64,000 bases of DNA from an uncultured Acidobacteriota bacterium. Lineage in GTDB: Bacteria; Acidobacteriota; JAQAZP01. A model generated the notes under the pieces. It saw only the letters and a list, made by a program, of their open reading frames with translations, ran no database searches and had not been told where the DNA came from. The stretch is taken from positions 320,001-384,000 of the forward strand of contig CAWIIB010000001.1 in the NCBI GenBank assembly GCA_963836075.1, in the 5' to 3' direction. Below are positions 29,361-38,703 of the stretch, piece after piece. The position numbers and the translations under genes are program-made. The number at the start of each line of letters is the position of its first letter. Position 1 is the first letter of the stretch.

Positions 29361-32345
29361 ATGAAACGAAGCATTTCCCTGATCGCCGTCGTTCTTTTTA
29401 CGGTGGCGGCCCTCTCCGGCTTCACCAGCGACCTTTCCGCGTTCACCAACCATGGTCACCAACCTGGCGTTTTCGCCAGCCAGCCGCTGGTGGACTCTGT
29501 TCACGCCAAGGGCATCCAGCGCTACGTGCCCGACCCGCTGGTGCAGGCGGCCCTCTCCGAGAGGCCGCTGTGGCAGGACTTTCTCGCCCGCCACGGTGAG
29601 AACTGGCAGGTCCGCTGGTATCCCGGCACCGGCACCCCGCACATCGTCTGGGGTGAAGGGCTTCCCCTGCTGCCCGACGGCGAGCCGACCTTGGCCCAGG
29701 TGGAAAAGATCAGCCGTGATTTCATCCGCGAGAACAGCGAACTGTTCATGGTGGACGAAGCCGAACTGGTGCTCAAGGACAAGTCGGTCAACCTCGGCAA
29801 CGACAACGAACTCTGGTTTGTCCACTTCCAGCGGGTGGTGGACGGTATCCCGGTCTATGCCAGCGACGTTTACCTGCGCTACAAGTTCGGCCGCCTGGTG
29901 CAGTTCGGCTCCGACTGCTTCCCCGATCTCGCCGCCACCCCGCGGCCGGAGATCGACGGCCTGGAAGCCCTGGAAATCGCCCAGGCCGACTGCGGCTTCA
30001 AGCATGGTGTGGACTCCCTGGAATCGGCCGGCGACCTGCTCTACTTCCCGGTGCAGCACACGGTGGGCGGCGCCTTCGAGTACCGCCTGGTGCAGCGGGT
30101 GAACATCCGCCGTATCGACGGCCCGATGAACCTGCACTACTTCATCGACGCCCACGACGGTTCCATCGTCGCCCGCTGGGACTATGTCTTCCGCACCATC
30201 TCCGGCACCGTCACCGCTGAAGTCTATGAACGGCACGTGGCCAACCCGGTGACCGAACGTCCCATGCCCTACCTCACCGTGGACTTCAGCGGCTCGGCCA
30301 GCGTCGAGACCGACATCGACGGCTTCTACACCTCGCCGGCCACCGGCGACCAGACCATCTCCGCCGAGCTCTATGGCCCGTACTGGAACCTGAACAACCA
30401 GGCCGGGGCCGATGGCTCCGTCTCCTTCAGCGGTTCCGGCGCCGGCCAGGACATCATGTGGGAGGACACCAACTCCACCATGGCCGAGCGCACCTCCTAC
30501 CACGCTCTGGACCGCATCCGCACCCTGGCCCTGAACTATATTCACCCCTCGTGGTTCGACCAGCGCCTGCCGGTGAACGTCAACATCAACGACACCTGCA
30601 ACGCTTACTACGACTACAGCTCGGTGAACTTCTTCCTCGCCGGCGGCGGCTGCAACAACACCGGTGAGCTGTTCGACGTGGTGGCCCACGAGTGGGGGCA
30701 CGGGCTGGACGACAATATCAGCGGCATCTATGACGGCGCGTCCTCCGAAGGCTGGAGCGACATCACCGCCATGATGCAGACCGAGGACTGCCTGGTGGGA
30801 CCCTACTTCCACACCGACGGTTCGCCGGTGCGCAACATCTGCGACGACTACACCTACCCCGAGGACACCGGTGAGGTGCACTACGAGGGGCAGATCATCG
30901 GCTCCACCAACTACGACCTGCTGGTCTACCTCCGGGCCTCCCTGGGCGACAAGCCGGCGATCAGCAAGCTCCAGGAGCTCTTCTTCCTGCACATGTACAC
31001 TTCGGACCACTACCTCGACGACTACATGGCCTACCTGGTGATCGATGACGATGACGGCAACCTGGCCAACTACACTCCCAATTTCGTCGACATCAACACC
31101 GCCTTCTCCGAGCACGGGCTCACCGAATACGTGGTCCCCACCGGTGTGCTCTTCACCCACACTCCGCTGCCCGACACCCCGGACACGGTCAGCCCCTACG
31201 AAGTGATCTCGCTGGTCACCTCGATCACCGACACCCTGGACACCGGATCGCTGGAAATCCGCTACCAGGTGGACGGCGGTTCGTTCAACAGCGTGGCCAT
31301 GACCACCACCGGCCAGCCGGACGAGTACCATGGCTTCATACCCGCCCAGGGCGTGGGCGCCGAGGTGAGCTACTATCTCTACGGCGAGGACGACGAGGGC
31401 CCGGGCACCCTGCCCCAGACGGCCCCCGGTTCCACCTTCAGCTTCCTGGTCGGTTTCAGTACCATCTTCTTCGACGACATGGAGAGCGGTGAGGGCGGCT
31501 GGACGCACTACGAAGTGGCGGCCCAGGACGACTGGATGCTCGGCTCGCCGGGCCCCAACGCCTACGACCCCTCCAGCGCCTACTCCGGTTCCAACATCTG
31601 GGGCAACGACCTTGCTCCCGACGGCTGGAACGGCAACTACTACGCCAACGTCCACAACTACATCCAGTCCCAGGTTATTGACTGCAGCGGCTTCAGCGGC
31701 GTGCGGCTGCGCTACATGCGCTGGCTCACCGTGGAGGATGCCATCTACGACCAGGCCACCATCTACGTCAACGGCACCCAGGTCTGGCAGAACGCCGTGG
31801 GCGCCGACCACATGGATACCGCGTGGACTGTGCACGACATTGACATCTCGGCCCTGGCCGACGACAACGCCTCGGTGGTCATCGAGTACCACATGGAGAG
31901 CGACGGCGGCGTGGAATTTGGCGGCTGGAACTTCGACGACTTCAAGCTGCTGGGCACCACCTCGGTGGTCCCCCAGGACACCATCGAAGTTTCCCTCGCT
32001 GCCGACCCGGCTTCCGGTGTCGTACCCTTCACCACCCAGTTCACGGCCATGCTGACCAACCTGCTGGCCGGCGAGCAGCGGCAGGTAGCCGGTCGGGTGG
32101 ACGTGGTCACGGCCGGCGGGACGCCCTACACCAACTGGCGTGCCGGCTGGACCAACCTCAGCGGCGGCGAAGTCTTCAGCACGGTCTGGAACCAGAACAT
32201 CCCGGCCCTCGGTTCTCTGCTGGGCGACAACGTCTTCACCTTCCACGGTTTTGACGTGACCCCCGCCCCGTTCAACCAGCCGCCCTACGCGCCGTCCGGC
32301 GACACGGACAGCGAGAGCGCCACGGTGACCGCCACGGCTCCCTGA
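29361..32345 (+). CDS. Secreted gluzincin metalloprotease (M4/M36-like) with propeptide, Ig-like and beta-sandwich domains and an uncharacterised 121-aa C-terminal domain
   Basis: RBS AGGAGG; signal peptide MKRSISLIAVVLFTVAALSG; FTP/PepSY-like propeptide (VHFQRVVDGIPV, YFIDAHDG); CNAYY, HEWGH, EGWSD and EVHYEG. Confidence 0.85.
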   Translation: MKRSISLIAVVLFTVAALSGFTSDLSAFTNHGHQPGVFASQPLVDSVHAKGIQRYVPDPLVQAALSERPLWQDFLARHGENWQVRWYPGTGTPHIVWGEGLPLLPDGEPTLAQVEKISRDFIRENSELFMVDEAELVLKDKSVNLGNDNELWFVHFQRVVDGIPVYASDVYLRYKFGRLVQFGSDCFPDLAATPRPEIDGLEALEIAQADCGFKHGVDSLESAGDLLYFPVQHTVGGAFEYRLVQRVNIRRIDGPMNLHYFIDAHDGSIVARWDYVFRTISGTVTAEVYERHVANPVTERPMPYLTVDFSGSASVETDIDGFYTSPATGDQTISAELYGPYWNLNNQAGADGSVSFSGSGAGQDIMWEDTNSTMAERTSYHALDRIRTLALNYIHPSWFDQRLPVNVNINDTCNAYYDYSSVNFFLAGGGCNNTGELFDVVAHEWGHGLDDNISGIYDGASSEGWSDITAMMQTEDCLVGPYFHTDGSPVRNICDDYTYPEDTGEVHYEGQIIGSTNYDLLVYLRASLGDKPAISKLQELFFLHMYTSDHYLDDYMAYLVIDDDDGNLANYTPNFVDINTAFSEHGLTEYVVPTGVLFTHTPLPDTPDTVSPYEVISLVTSITDTLDTGSLEIRYQVDGGSFNSVAMTTTGQPDEYHGFIPAQGVGAEVSYYLYGEDDEGPGTLPQTAPGSTFSFLVGFSTIFFDDMESGEGGWTHYEVAAQDDWMLGSPGPNAYDPSSAYSGSNIWGNDLAPDGWNGNYYANVHNYIQSQVIDCSGFSGVRLRYMRWLTVEDAIYDQATIYVNGTQVWQNAVGADHMDTAWTVHDIDISALADDNASVVIEYHMESDGGVEFGGWNFDDFKLLGTTSVVPQDTIEVSLAADPASGVVPFTTQFTAMLTNLLAGEQRQVAGRVDVVTAGGTPYTNWRAGWTNLSGGEVFSTVWNQNIPALGSLLGDNVFTFHGFDVTPAPFNQPPYAPSGDTDSESATVTATAP

Positions 32346-32368
32346 GCGGCCCCATAACATGGCAAACC

Positions 32369-32406
32369 GCCCCTCCCGGCCTCCGTGCCCGGAGGGGCTT
32401 TTTTTT
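32369..32406 (+). terminator. Intrinsic terminator
   Basis: Stem GCCCCTCC / GGAGGGGC followed by 8 T. Confidence 0.8.
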
Positions 32407-32439
32407 AGTGTTTTTCAGGGACAGTGACCATTTCGATGC

Positions 32440-34680
32440 TCAGAGCAGGTGGTAGGGGTCCACATCAATCTGCAGGGCGGAGGGGCTGTAGCGCGGCAGA
32501 CGGGCAGCCTGGTCCAGGGCCCGGCGGAGAAAGGCGTGCAGCCGGCCGCGATGGGGGGAGCGGAGAATGATCTGGTGCCGGTACCAGGTCTTGATCTTCC
32601 ACAGCGGGGCCGGCACCGGACCGAGGATGCGCACCCCTCCTGGCGGGTGGAGGCTGCGCAGCAGACGTCCCAGGTCACCGGCGAACTCGCCGGCCCTCAG
32701 CGGGTCGCGGCCGCGAACCACGATAGAGCACATGCTGGATGCCGGCGGGTAGCCGATACTGCGCCGGCTGCGTATTTCCCGGCGATAGAAGGCCGGGTAG
32801 TCCTGCTCGCTGGCGCAGCGGATGGAGAAGTGATCCGGGGTGAAGGTCTGGATCACCACCTCCCCCCGCCGGCGCCCGCGTCCGGCCCGGCCCGCCGCCT
32901 GGGTCAGCAACTGGAAGGTGCGTTCGCCGGTGCGGAAGTCGGGAATACCGAGGCTGCTGTCGGCGTTGAGGATACCCACCAGGGTGACATTGGGAAAATC
33001 GTGACCCTTGGCAATCATCTGGGTTCCCACCAGCACCGAGGTGGCCCCGGCGGCAAAATCACCCAGAATGTTCCATGACCGGGTTCCCCGGGCCGTGTCC
33101 TGGTCCAGCCGGTCCACCCGCCGCTCGGGAAAAAGGAGCCGCAGCTCCTCCTCCACCTGCTCAGTCCCGCAGCCCATCTGCTGGAGAAAGGTACCGTTGC
33201 AGGCCTCGCAGGTGCCGCTGTATGGTTTCTGGTGACCGCAGTGGTGGCAGCGCAGCCGGTCGTCGCCCCGGTGCCAGGTCAGCTTGACGCTGCAATTGCT
33301 GCACCCGGCCACGGCGCCGCACTCGCGGCAGACCAGGAAGGCGGCGTAGCCCCGGCGGTTGAGCAGGATCATCGCCTGCTCCCCCCGGGAAACCGCACTC
33401 TCCAGTTTTTCGATCAGCCGTTCGGAGAGGATCACCTGCTTCCCGCGGCGACGGAACTCGTCGGCCATGTCCACCACCTCGATGGCGGCCAGCGGACGGC
33501 GGTGAATCCGGTGCTCCAGTTTCAGCAGGCTGTATTTCCCGCTCTCAGCGTTGAAATACGACTCCATGGAGGGTGTGGCCGATCCCAGAATGGCCACGGC
33601 CTTTTCCCGCTGGGCGCGGACCAGGGCCATGTCCCGGGCGTGGAACCTGGGGCTGTCACCGGCCTTGTAGGTGGTCTCGTGCTCCTCGTCCACCACCACC
33701 AGGCCGAGGTCGCGCAGCGGGGCGAACAGGGCCGACCGGACCCCCAGCACAACCCGCACCTTCCCCGCCCGCACCTGGCGCCACTGCTCCCGCCGCTGGG
33801 CCGTGGTCTGCCCGCTGTGGATCAGTCCGGCCAGGCTGCCGAAGCGGTTGTTGATCTCCCGGGCCAGCAGTGGCGTGAGTGCGATCTCGGGCACCAGGTA
33901 GAGGACGCTCTTTCCAGCTGCCAGCACGGCCTCCGCCGCCCGGAGGTAGACTTCGGTCTTGCCGCTGCCGGTGACCCCGTGGAGCAGAAATGCGGCGAAT
34001 CCACTCTGCCCCACGGCTGCGGACAACTGGTCCACAGCCGCCGACTGTTCGGGGGTAAGCTCCAGTGGCCCGGTGCCGGCTGGCGTTTCAACGTCCTGGT
34101 CCACGGCAACGGTGCGGATGTGGACCAGCCCTGCAGCGGCCATCTGCCTCAGCACCGCCAGGGGGACCCGGCAGGCCTCGCGCAGCTCTCCGGCCTCCGC
34201 TTCGGACCGCGGACGCTGCTCGAGATACTCCAGCACCCGGCGGCGTGCCTTCTGGTTCGCCGGCATGCTGTCCGCCGGCCGTGCGTCCGGCAGCCGGCGC
34301 ACCAGGGTGGTTTCCAGCGGTGGCGGCAGCTTGCCGCCGGGGGGCAGGGCCGCGGCCAGCAGTTCACCCCAGGCGCAGAGGTAGTAGTCGGCCATCCAGC
34401 GGGTCAGCGACATCATTCGCCGGTCCACCAGCGGTTCACCGTCGATCAGTTCCAGAATCGGCTTGACCCGCGAGGGATCGATGTCCGGCTCGTCGACGAG
34501 GCTGGTGACAAAACCCACTGCGGTGCCCGTGCCGCGGCCCAGGGGCACCCGTACCCGGGCCCCGGTTCTCACCTGGCTGGCGATGAGGGGTGGAACGCTG
34601 TAGGTGAAGAGCCGGGGGACCGGACGGACAAGAGCGATGCTGGCGTACCGCTCCGGTGGATCGCGCCGCTCACCCTTCAT
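32440..34680 (-). CDS. priA: Primosomal protein N' (helicase PriA)
   Basis: GVTGSGKTEVY, VPEIALT, DEEH, SATPS, LNRRG, two zinc CxxC pairs, GTQMIAKG.DFP and QAAGRAGR. Confidence 0.97.
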   Translation of the reverse strand: MKGERRDPPERYASIALVRPVPRLFTYSVPPLIASQVRTGARVRVPLGRGTGTAVGFVTSLVDEPDIDPSRVKPILELIDGEPLVDRRMMSLTRWMADYYLCAWGELLAAALPPGGKLPPPLETTLVRRLPDARPADSMPANQKARRRVLEYLEQRPRSEAEAGELREACRVPLAVLRQMAAAGLVHIRTVAVDQDVETPAGTGPLELTPEQSAAVDQLSAAVGQSGFAAFLLHGVTGSGKTEVYLRAAEAVLAAGKSVLYLVPEIALTPLLAREINNRFGSLAGLIHSGQTTAQRREQWRQVRAGKVRVVLGVRSALFAPLRDLGLVVVDEEHETTYKAGDSPRFHARDMALVRAQREKAVAILGSATPSMESYFNAESGKYSLLKLEHRIHRRPLAAIEVVDMADEFRRRGKQVILSERLIEKLESAVSRGEQAMILLNRRGYAAFLVCRECGAVAGCSNCSVKLTWHRGDDRLRCHHCGHQKPYSGTCEACNGTFLQQMGCGTEQVEEELRLLFPERRVDRLDQDTARGTRSWNILGDFAAGATSVLVGTQMIAKGHDFPNVTLVGILNADSSLGIPDFRTGERTFQLLTQAAGRAGRGRRRGEVVIQTFTPDHFSIRCASEQDYPAFYRREIRSRRSIGYPPASSMCSIVVRGRDPLRAGEFAGDLGRLLRSLHPPGGVRILGPVPAPLWKIKTWYRHQIILRSPHRGRLHAFLRRALDQAARLPRYSPSALQIDVDPYHLL

Positions 34681-35407
34681 CGGCGCCTCGCGGCTGGTTG
34701 AGCAGGTCGCGCACCAGCTGCATGTCCTCCCAGACCGGCCGCTTGGCCTGCGGGTTGCGCAGCAGGTAGGCGGGGTGGTAGGTGGGCATCAGCAGTCTGC
34801 CGCGGTACTCGTGGAACCGCCCGCGCAGTTTGGAGATGGGACGTTCCGTATCAAGCAGTGTCCGGGCGGCGTAAGCGCCCAGGGCGACGATCACCCGGGG
34901 CTGTATCGATTCGATCTGGCGGAAGAGAAACGGCGAGCAGGTCGTCACCTCCTCCGCTTCAGGGTCCCGGTTGCCCGGCGGGCGGCATTTAAGAATATTG
35001 GCGATAAATACGTCCTCGCGGCTCAGGCCGATGGCTTCGATGATTTTGGTCAGCAACTGGCCGGCCCGGCCCACAAATGCCTGCCCCTGAAGGTCCTCGT
35101 CACGACCCGGGGCCTCGCCGACAAACATCAGGTCGGCAGCGGGGTTCCCCTGGCCGAACACCAGTTTTGTCCGGCCCTGGGCCAACTGGCAGCGCTGGCA
35201 GTCACCCAGGTCCACACGAATCATATCCAGGGTTTCCATGTCCGAATCCTGTTCCGCCGGCGTTTGCTCGACAGTGGGGTGTGGCGCAAGGGGAGCCAGG
35301 CCGGGACAACCGGTATGATCGAGAAACTCGAGCCAGCCCCTGACCTGGCCCAGCAGGTCTCCTGCCGCCGGATCACTCTTCTTTTCGACTTTCTTTTCGA
35401 CGGTCAT
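34670..35407 (-). CDS. Uracil-DNA glycosylase family 4 (4Fe-4S)
   Basis: C..C.L, VGEAPG..ED, FVGRAG, KCRPP.NR.P and YHPAYLLR. Confidence 0.93.
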   Translation of the reverse strand: MTVEKKVEKKSDPAAGDLLGQVRGWLEFLDHTGCPGLAPLAPHPTVEQTPAEQDSDMETLDMIRVDLGDCQRCQLAQGRTKLVFGQGNPAADLMFVGEAPGRDEDLQGQAFVGRAGQLLTKIIEAIGLSREDVFIANILKCRPPGNRDPEAEEVTTCSPFLFRQIESIQPRVIVALGAYAARTLLDTERPISKLRGRFHEYRGRLLMPTYHPAYLLRNPQAKRPVWEDMQLVRDLLNQPRGADEG

Positions 35408-36620
35408 GGAGTAGCGCTCCGGCCTGTCTGAGGATGACCAGGGCCATCCGGTCCTTGGTCATCCGCTCGATCTCCGTGCGGCTCCCGTCGCGGTCCAGCA
35501 GCACACCAGCGTTCTCGTCGGTCCCGAAGCCGGTACCCGGCTGCCCCACCCGGTTGGCCAGGATTAGATCCAGGCCCTTGCGGTGCAGCTTGTCCATGGC
35601 CGCCGGCTCAAACTCTTTCGCAGTCTCGGCGGCGAAACCCACCAGCACCTGGCTCCCGGTGCGGATGGCCCCGGCCTCGGCCAGGATGTCCCCTGTTCGC
35701 CTGAGGTCCAGGCGCATCGGCCCATCCCCCTTGCGGATCTTTTCCCCGGCCACGCACTCCGGCCGGTAATCGGCAGGAGCGGCGGCCATCAGCAGCAGGT
35801 CGGTGTCGGGGAAAACCCGCAGCACTTCGCGGTGCATCTCCTCGCAACTGACAACGCTGACCAGCTGGACACCGGTCGGCGGGGGCAGGGCCACCGGGCC
35901 GCTGACCAGGGTGACCCGGGCACCCAGGCGGGCCGCCTGCCGGGCCAGAGCGTAGCCCATTTTTCCGCTGGAATGGTTGGTCAGGAACCGAACCGGATCG
36001 ATGGCTTCTCGGGTGGGCCCGGCGGTGACCGTAACCCTGAACCCGGCGAGCAGGTTGCTCTCTCCTTCACCACCAAGCGCACCGAGCAGCAGCCGGACCA
36101 CCCGTTGAGGTTCGGCCAGACGGCCGGGGCCGATGTCGCCGCAAGCCAGAAACCCGCTCTCCGGTTCGATGATCTCAACGCCCCGCCGGCGGAGAACATC
36201 GAGATTGTGCCGCACCGCCGGGTGCTGATACATCACGGTGTTCATCGCCGGGGCGATGTAGACCGGGCCGTCGTAGGCCGTGTAGAAGGTGGAGAGGAAA
36301 TCGTCGGCGATCCCGCAGGCGAACTTGCCGATGATGTTTGCCGTGGCCGGCGCCACCAGCAGGCAGGAGGCCTGTTTGGCCAGCGAGACGTGCTCCACGT
36401 CCCACTCCCGGTTGACGCCGTCGAACTGCTCGAGGAGCACCCGGTTTCCGGAGAGGGTCTGCAGGGTCAGGGGGGTAATGAACTGCGTGGCGTTGGCGGT
36501 CATCAGCACGGTGACCGCCGCACCGCCGGTCCGCAGTCCCCGCACGATCCCCGCCGCTTTGTAGGCCCCGATACCACCGGAAACCCCCAGGGCCACGTGG
36601 ATGGTCGCCTCCTCAGTCAT
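35373..36620 (-). CDS. coaBC: Phosphopantothenoylcysteine decarboxylase/ligase
   Basis: GVSGGIGAYK, APATAN, PAMN, LACGD.G.GR, TAGPTRE.IDPVR, SSGKMG and VGFAAET. Confidence 0.96.
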   Translation of the reverse strand: MTEEATIHVALGVSGGIGAYKAAGIVRGLRTGGAAVTVLMTANATQFITPLTLQTLSGNRVLLEQFDGVNREWDVEHVSLAKQASCLLVAPATANIIGKFACGIADDFLSTFYTAYDGPVYIAPAMNTVMYQHPAVRHNLDVLRRRGVEIIEPESGFLACGDIGPGRLAEPQRVVRLLLGALGGEGESNLLAGFRVTVTAGPTREAIDPVRFLTNHSSGKMGYALARQAARLGARVTLVSGPVALPPPTGVQLVSVVSCEEMHREVLRVFPDTDLLLMAAAPADYRPECVAGEKIRKGDGPMRLDLRRTGDILAEAGAIRTGSQVLVGFAAETAKEFEPAAMDKLHRKGLDLILANRVGQPGTGFGTDENAGVLLDRDGSRTEIERMTKDRMALVILRQAGALLHDRRKESRKEE

Positions 36621-36999
36621 CGTCTTCGTCGTTGTCCACCAGATCCAGGTCTTCCTCGTCGGACGACACCAGGGCTTTCGCCTTTTTGGCCTCCGGTACC
36701 GGGTTGTCATCCTCGTCGCTCTCGGTGATGATCACCAGCGGCGGATCGATGTCCAGTGGGGCGGCCATGTCACCTTCGAGGAATACGTCGCTGTCGTAAT
36801 TTTCAACCTGGGTATCCAGTGCCTCCTCGATGATCTCGAAATCGATCATTCCCCGCCGGACTTCCTCCAGCGCCACATAGGCCCACTTCTTCGAGGTGGT
36901 TTCAAACTTCGGCCGGGCGCCGCGATGCAGTTGCTCGCAACGCTTGGCCGCGATGGTAATCAGTCTAAACTTGCTGTCCATTTCATTCTGCGGCACCAT
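36613..36999 (-). CDS. rpoZ: RNA polymerase omega subunit with a long acidic C-terminal extension
   Basis: SKFRLITIAAKRCEQL and ALEEV; lies between gmk and coaBC. Confidence 0.88.
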   Translation of the reverse strand: MVPQNEMDSKFRLITIAAKRCEQLHRGARPKFETTSKKWAYVALEEVRRGMIDFEIIEEALDTQVENYDSDVFLEGDMAAPLDIDPPLVIITESDEDDNPVPEAKKAKALVSSDEEDLDLVDNDEDDD

Positions 37000-37055
37000 G
37001 TTCACCCCTTTCCTCCTCCGGTATCCCGAAGCGGCGGCGGCTTCCCCGGGCACGG

Positions 37056-37694
37056 TCACCGTGCCGGAAACAACGCGCCGATCTCGCCCATCATCCTCCG
37101 CGACCGCGTCCGGGCGGCGCTGACGATGCAGGCGAACTGTTGATAGCAGACATCCAGGTCGTCGTTGATCAGTACGTGGTCAAACTCACCGGCGCGGGAG
37201 ATCTCGTCCAGCGAGTTCTCCAGCCGCGTCCGAATGTTTTCCTCCGAGTCGGTCTCGCGAAGCCTCAACCGTCGTTCCAGTTCCGCCAGGTCCGGCGGAG
37301 CGACAAAAATGCTGATCGCCTCCAGTCCCCCCCTGCGGTCCAGTTGCCGGCGAACCTGCTCGGCGCCCTGGACGTCGATGTCCAGCAGCACGTCGTCTCC
37401 GCGCCGCAGCAGCCGTTCCACCTCTTCACGGGAGGTGCCGTACAGATTCCCGTGGACCGTGGCATATTCCAGAAAGAGTCCCTGGTCCACCGCCTCCTGG
37501 AAACGCTCCCGGCTGACAAAACAGTAGTCCTTGCCCTCCGTTTCCCCGGCCCGCGGCGTTCTTGAGGTCCAGGAGACCGAAAAGGCCAGCGAGGGCAACC
37601 GTTCAAGGGCCCGGGTGACCAGGCTGGTTTTTCCCGACCCGGACGGGCCGGCCACCACCATCAGATTTCCCCGCCCCCCGTTGATCAGGCCCAT
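37056..37694 (-). CDS. gmk: Guanylate kinase
   Basis: GPSGSGK, SVS.TSR.PR.GE, YGT and LDIDVQGA. Confidence 0.97.
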   Translation of the reverse strand: MGLINGGRGNLMVVAGPSGSGKTSLVTRALERLPSLAFSVSWTSRTPRAGETEGKDYCFVSRERFQEAVDQGLFLEYATVHGNLYGTSREEVERLLRRGDDVLLDIDVQGAEQVRRQLDRRGGLEAISIFVAPPDLAELERRLRLRETDSEENIRTRLENSLDEISRAGEFDHVLINDDLDVCYQQFACIVSAARTRSRRMMGEIGALFPAR

Positions 37695-37706
37695 GGGCCG
37701 CTTCCC

Positions 37707-38597
37707 TCACTCGAGGTTGAGCACCTGTTCCCGGACTTTCTCCAGGTCGGACTTCATTTCGATAACCATGGCCGAAAGCTCCGGCATACGGACCTTCGAC
37801 CCGGTGGTGTTGACTTCGCGGTGGATCTCCTGCAGCAGGAACTCCAGGCGTCGTCCGGCGGGGCTGCCCCCCTCCAGGGCCTGGCGGAAGGCCTGGAAAT
37901 GACTCTCCAGTCGCACCAGCTCCTCGGTGACGTCTCCACGGTCAGCGTAGAAGATCACCTCCTGCATCAACCGTTCCTGGTCCAGGTCCACCTCCGCGTC
38001 CAATTCGCTCAACCGCTGGCGCAGGCGCTCCAGCAGCAAGCGGGAGACATCGGCGGCCATCTCCTTCAGCCGGCCGAGACCCTGTTCCAGACTGTCCAGC
38101 CGCTGCAGCAGATCTGTGGCCAGAGCCTGGCCCTCCACGGCCTTGGAGTCCTCCAGCGATATCACGCCCTGGTCGAGGGCCTGGAATACCGCCGGCAGGT
38201 CGTCCGCCGAGAACTCGGCGGAACCGCTCTCCTGCTGGACGACTCCGGGCAACCTGAGCAGCGTGCCCATATCCAGTGTTCCCTCGAGGCCCAGTTCCGC
38301 TCCCAGATCGCCGGCCGCGGACAGCATCTTCAAGGCCTGCTCACGGTTGATCGACGGCAGGTCCGCCGTCCCGGTCTCCCGGACCAGACGCACCGAGACT
38401 TCGAGCTTTCCCCGTCGCGAGTCGCGACCCAGGTGCCGGCGGATCGCCGGCTCGTGCAGCGACAGGTCGGAGGGCAGCCGCAGCTGCACTTCGGAGTGCC
38501 GATGGTTGATCGATCGCATGATGACCCGCACTTCGAAAACGCCAGTTTTTTCGGCCCGGCCCTCGCCGAAACCGGTCATGCTCCGAATCACCGACAT
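37707..38597 (-). CDS. yicC: YicC/YloC family endoribonuclease
   Basis: SMTGFG, SINHR, EELVRL.SH, GRRLEFLLQE..RE.NT.GSK and REQV.N.E. Confidence 0.93.
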   Translation of the reverse strand: MSVIRSMTGFGEGRAEKTGVFEVRVIMRSINHRHSEVQLRLPSDLSLHEPAIRRHLGRDSRRGKLEVSVRLVRETGTADLPSINREQALKMLSAAGDLGAELGLEGTLDMGTLLRLPGVVQQESGSAEFSADDLPAVFQALDQGVISLEDSKAVEGQALATDLLQRLDSLEQGLGRLKEMAADVSRLLLERLRQRLSELDAEVDLDQERLMQEVIFYADRGDVTEELVRLESHFQAFRQALEGGSPAGRRLEFLLQEIHREVNTTGSKVRMPELSAMVIEMKSDLEKVREQVLNLE

Positions 38598-38654
38598 CGC
38601 TACCCCTCCGGCCGTTGTCCCACCCTGGACAGGACACATGGTTCAAAACGATGC

Positions 38655-38683
38655 AGTTTATGACAGTTTGGTTGAAAGGTCAA
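38655..38683 (-). promoter_or_regulatory. Putative sigma70 promoter for the yicC-gmk-rpoZ operon
   Basis: Minus strand TTGACC-17 nt-TAAACT. Confidence 0.6.
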
Positions 38684-38703
38684 ACAAAATAACGGCTTTT
38701 GGG

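Noticed and set aside
29340-32360. 1006-aa minus strand ORF, and similar long antisense ORFs (e.g. 51424..53601, 23057..24880, 45249..46886)
   Set aside because: These are stop-poor mirror frames of high-GC3 genes; the opposite strand carries clear family motifs.
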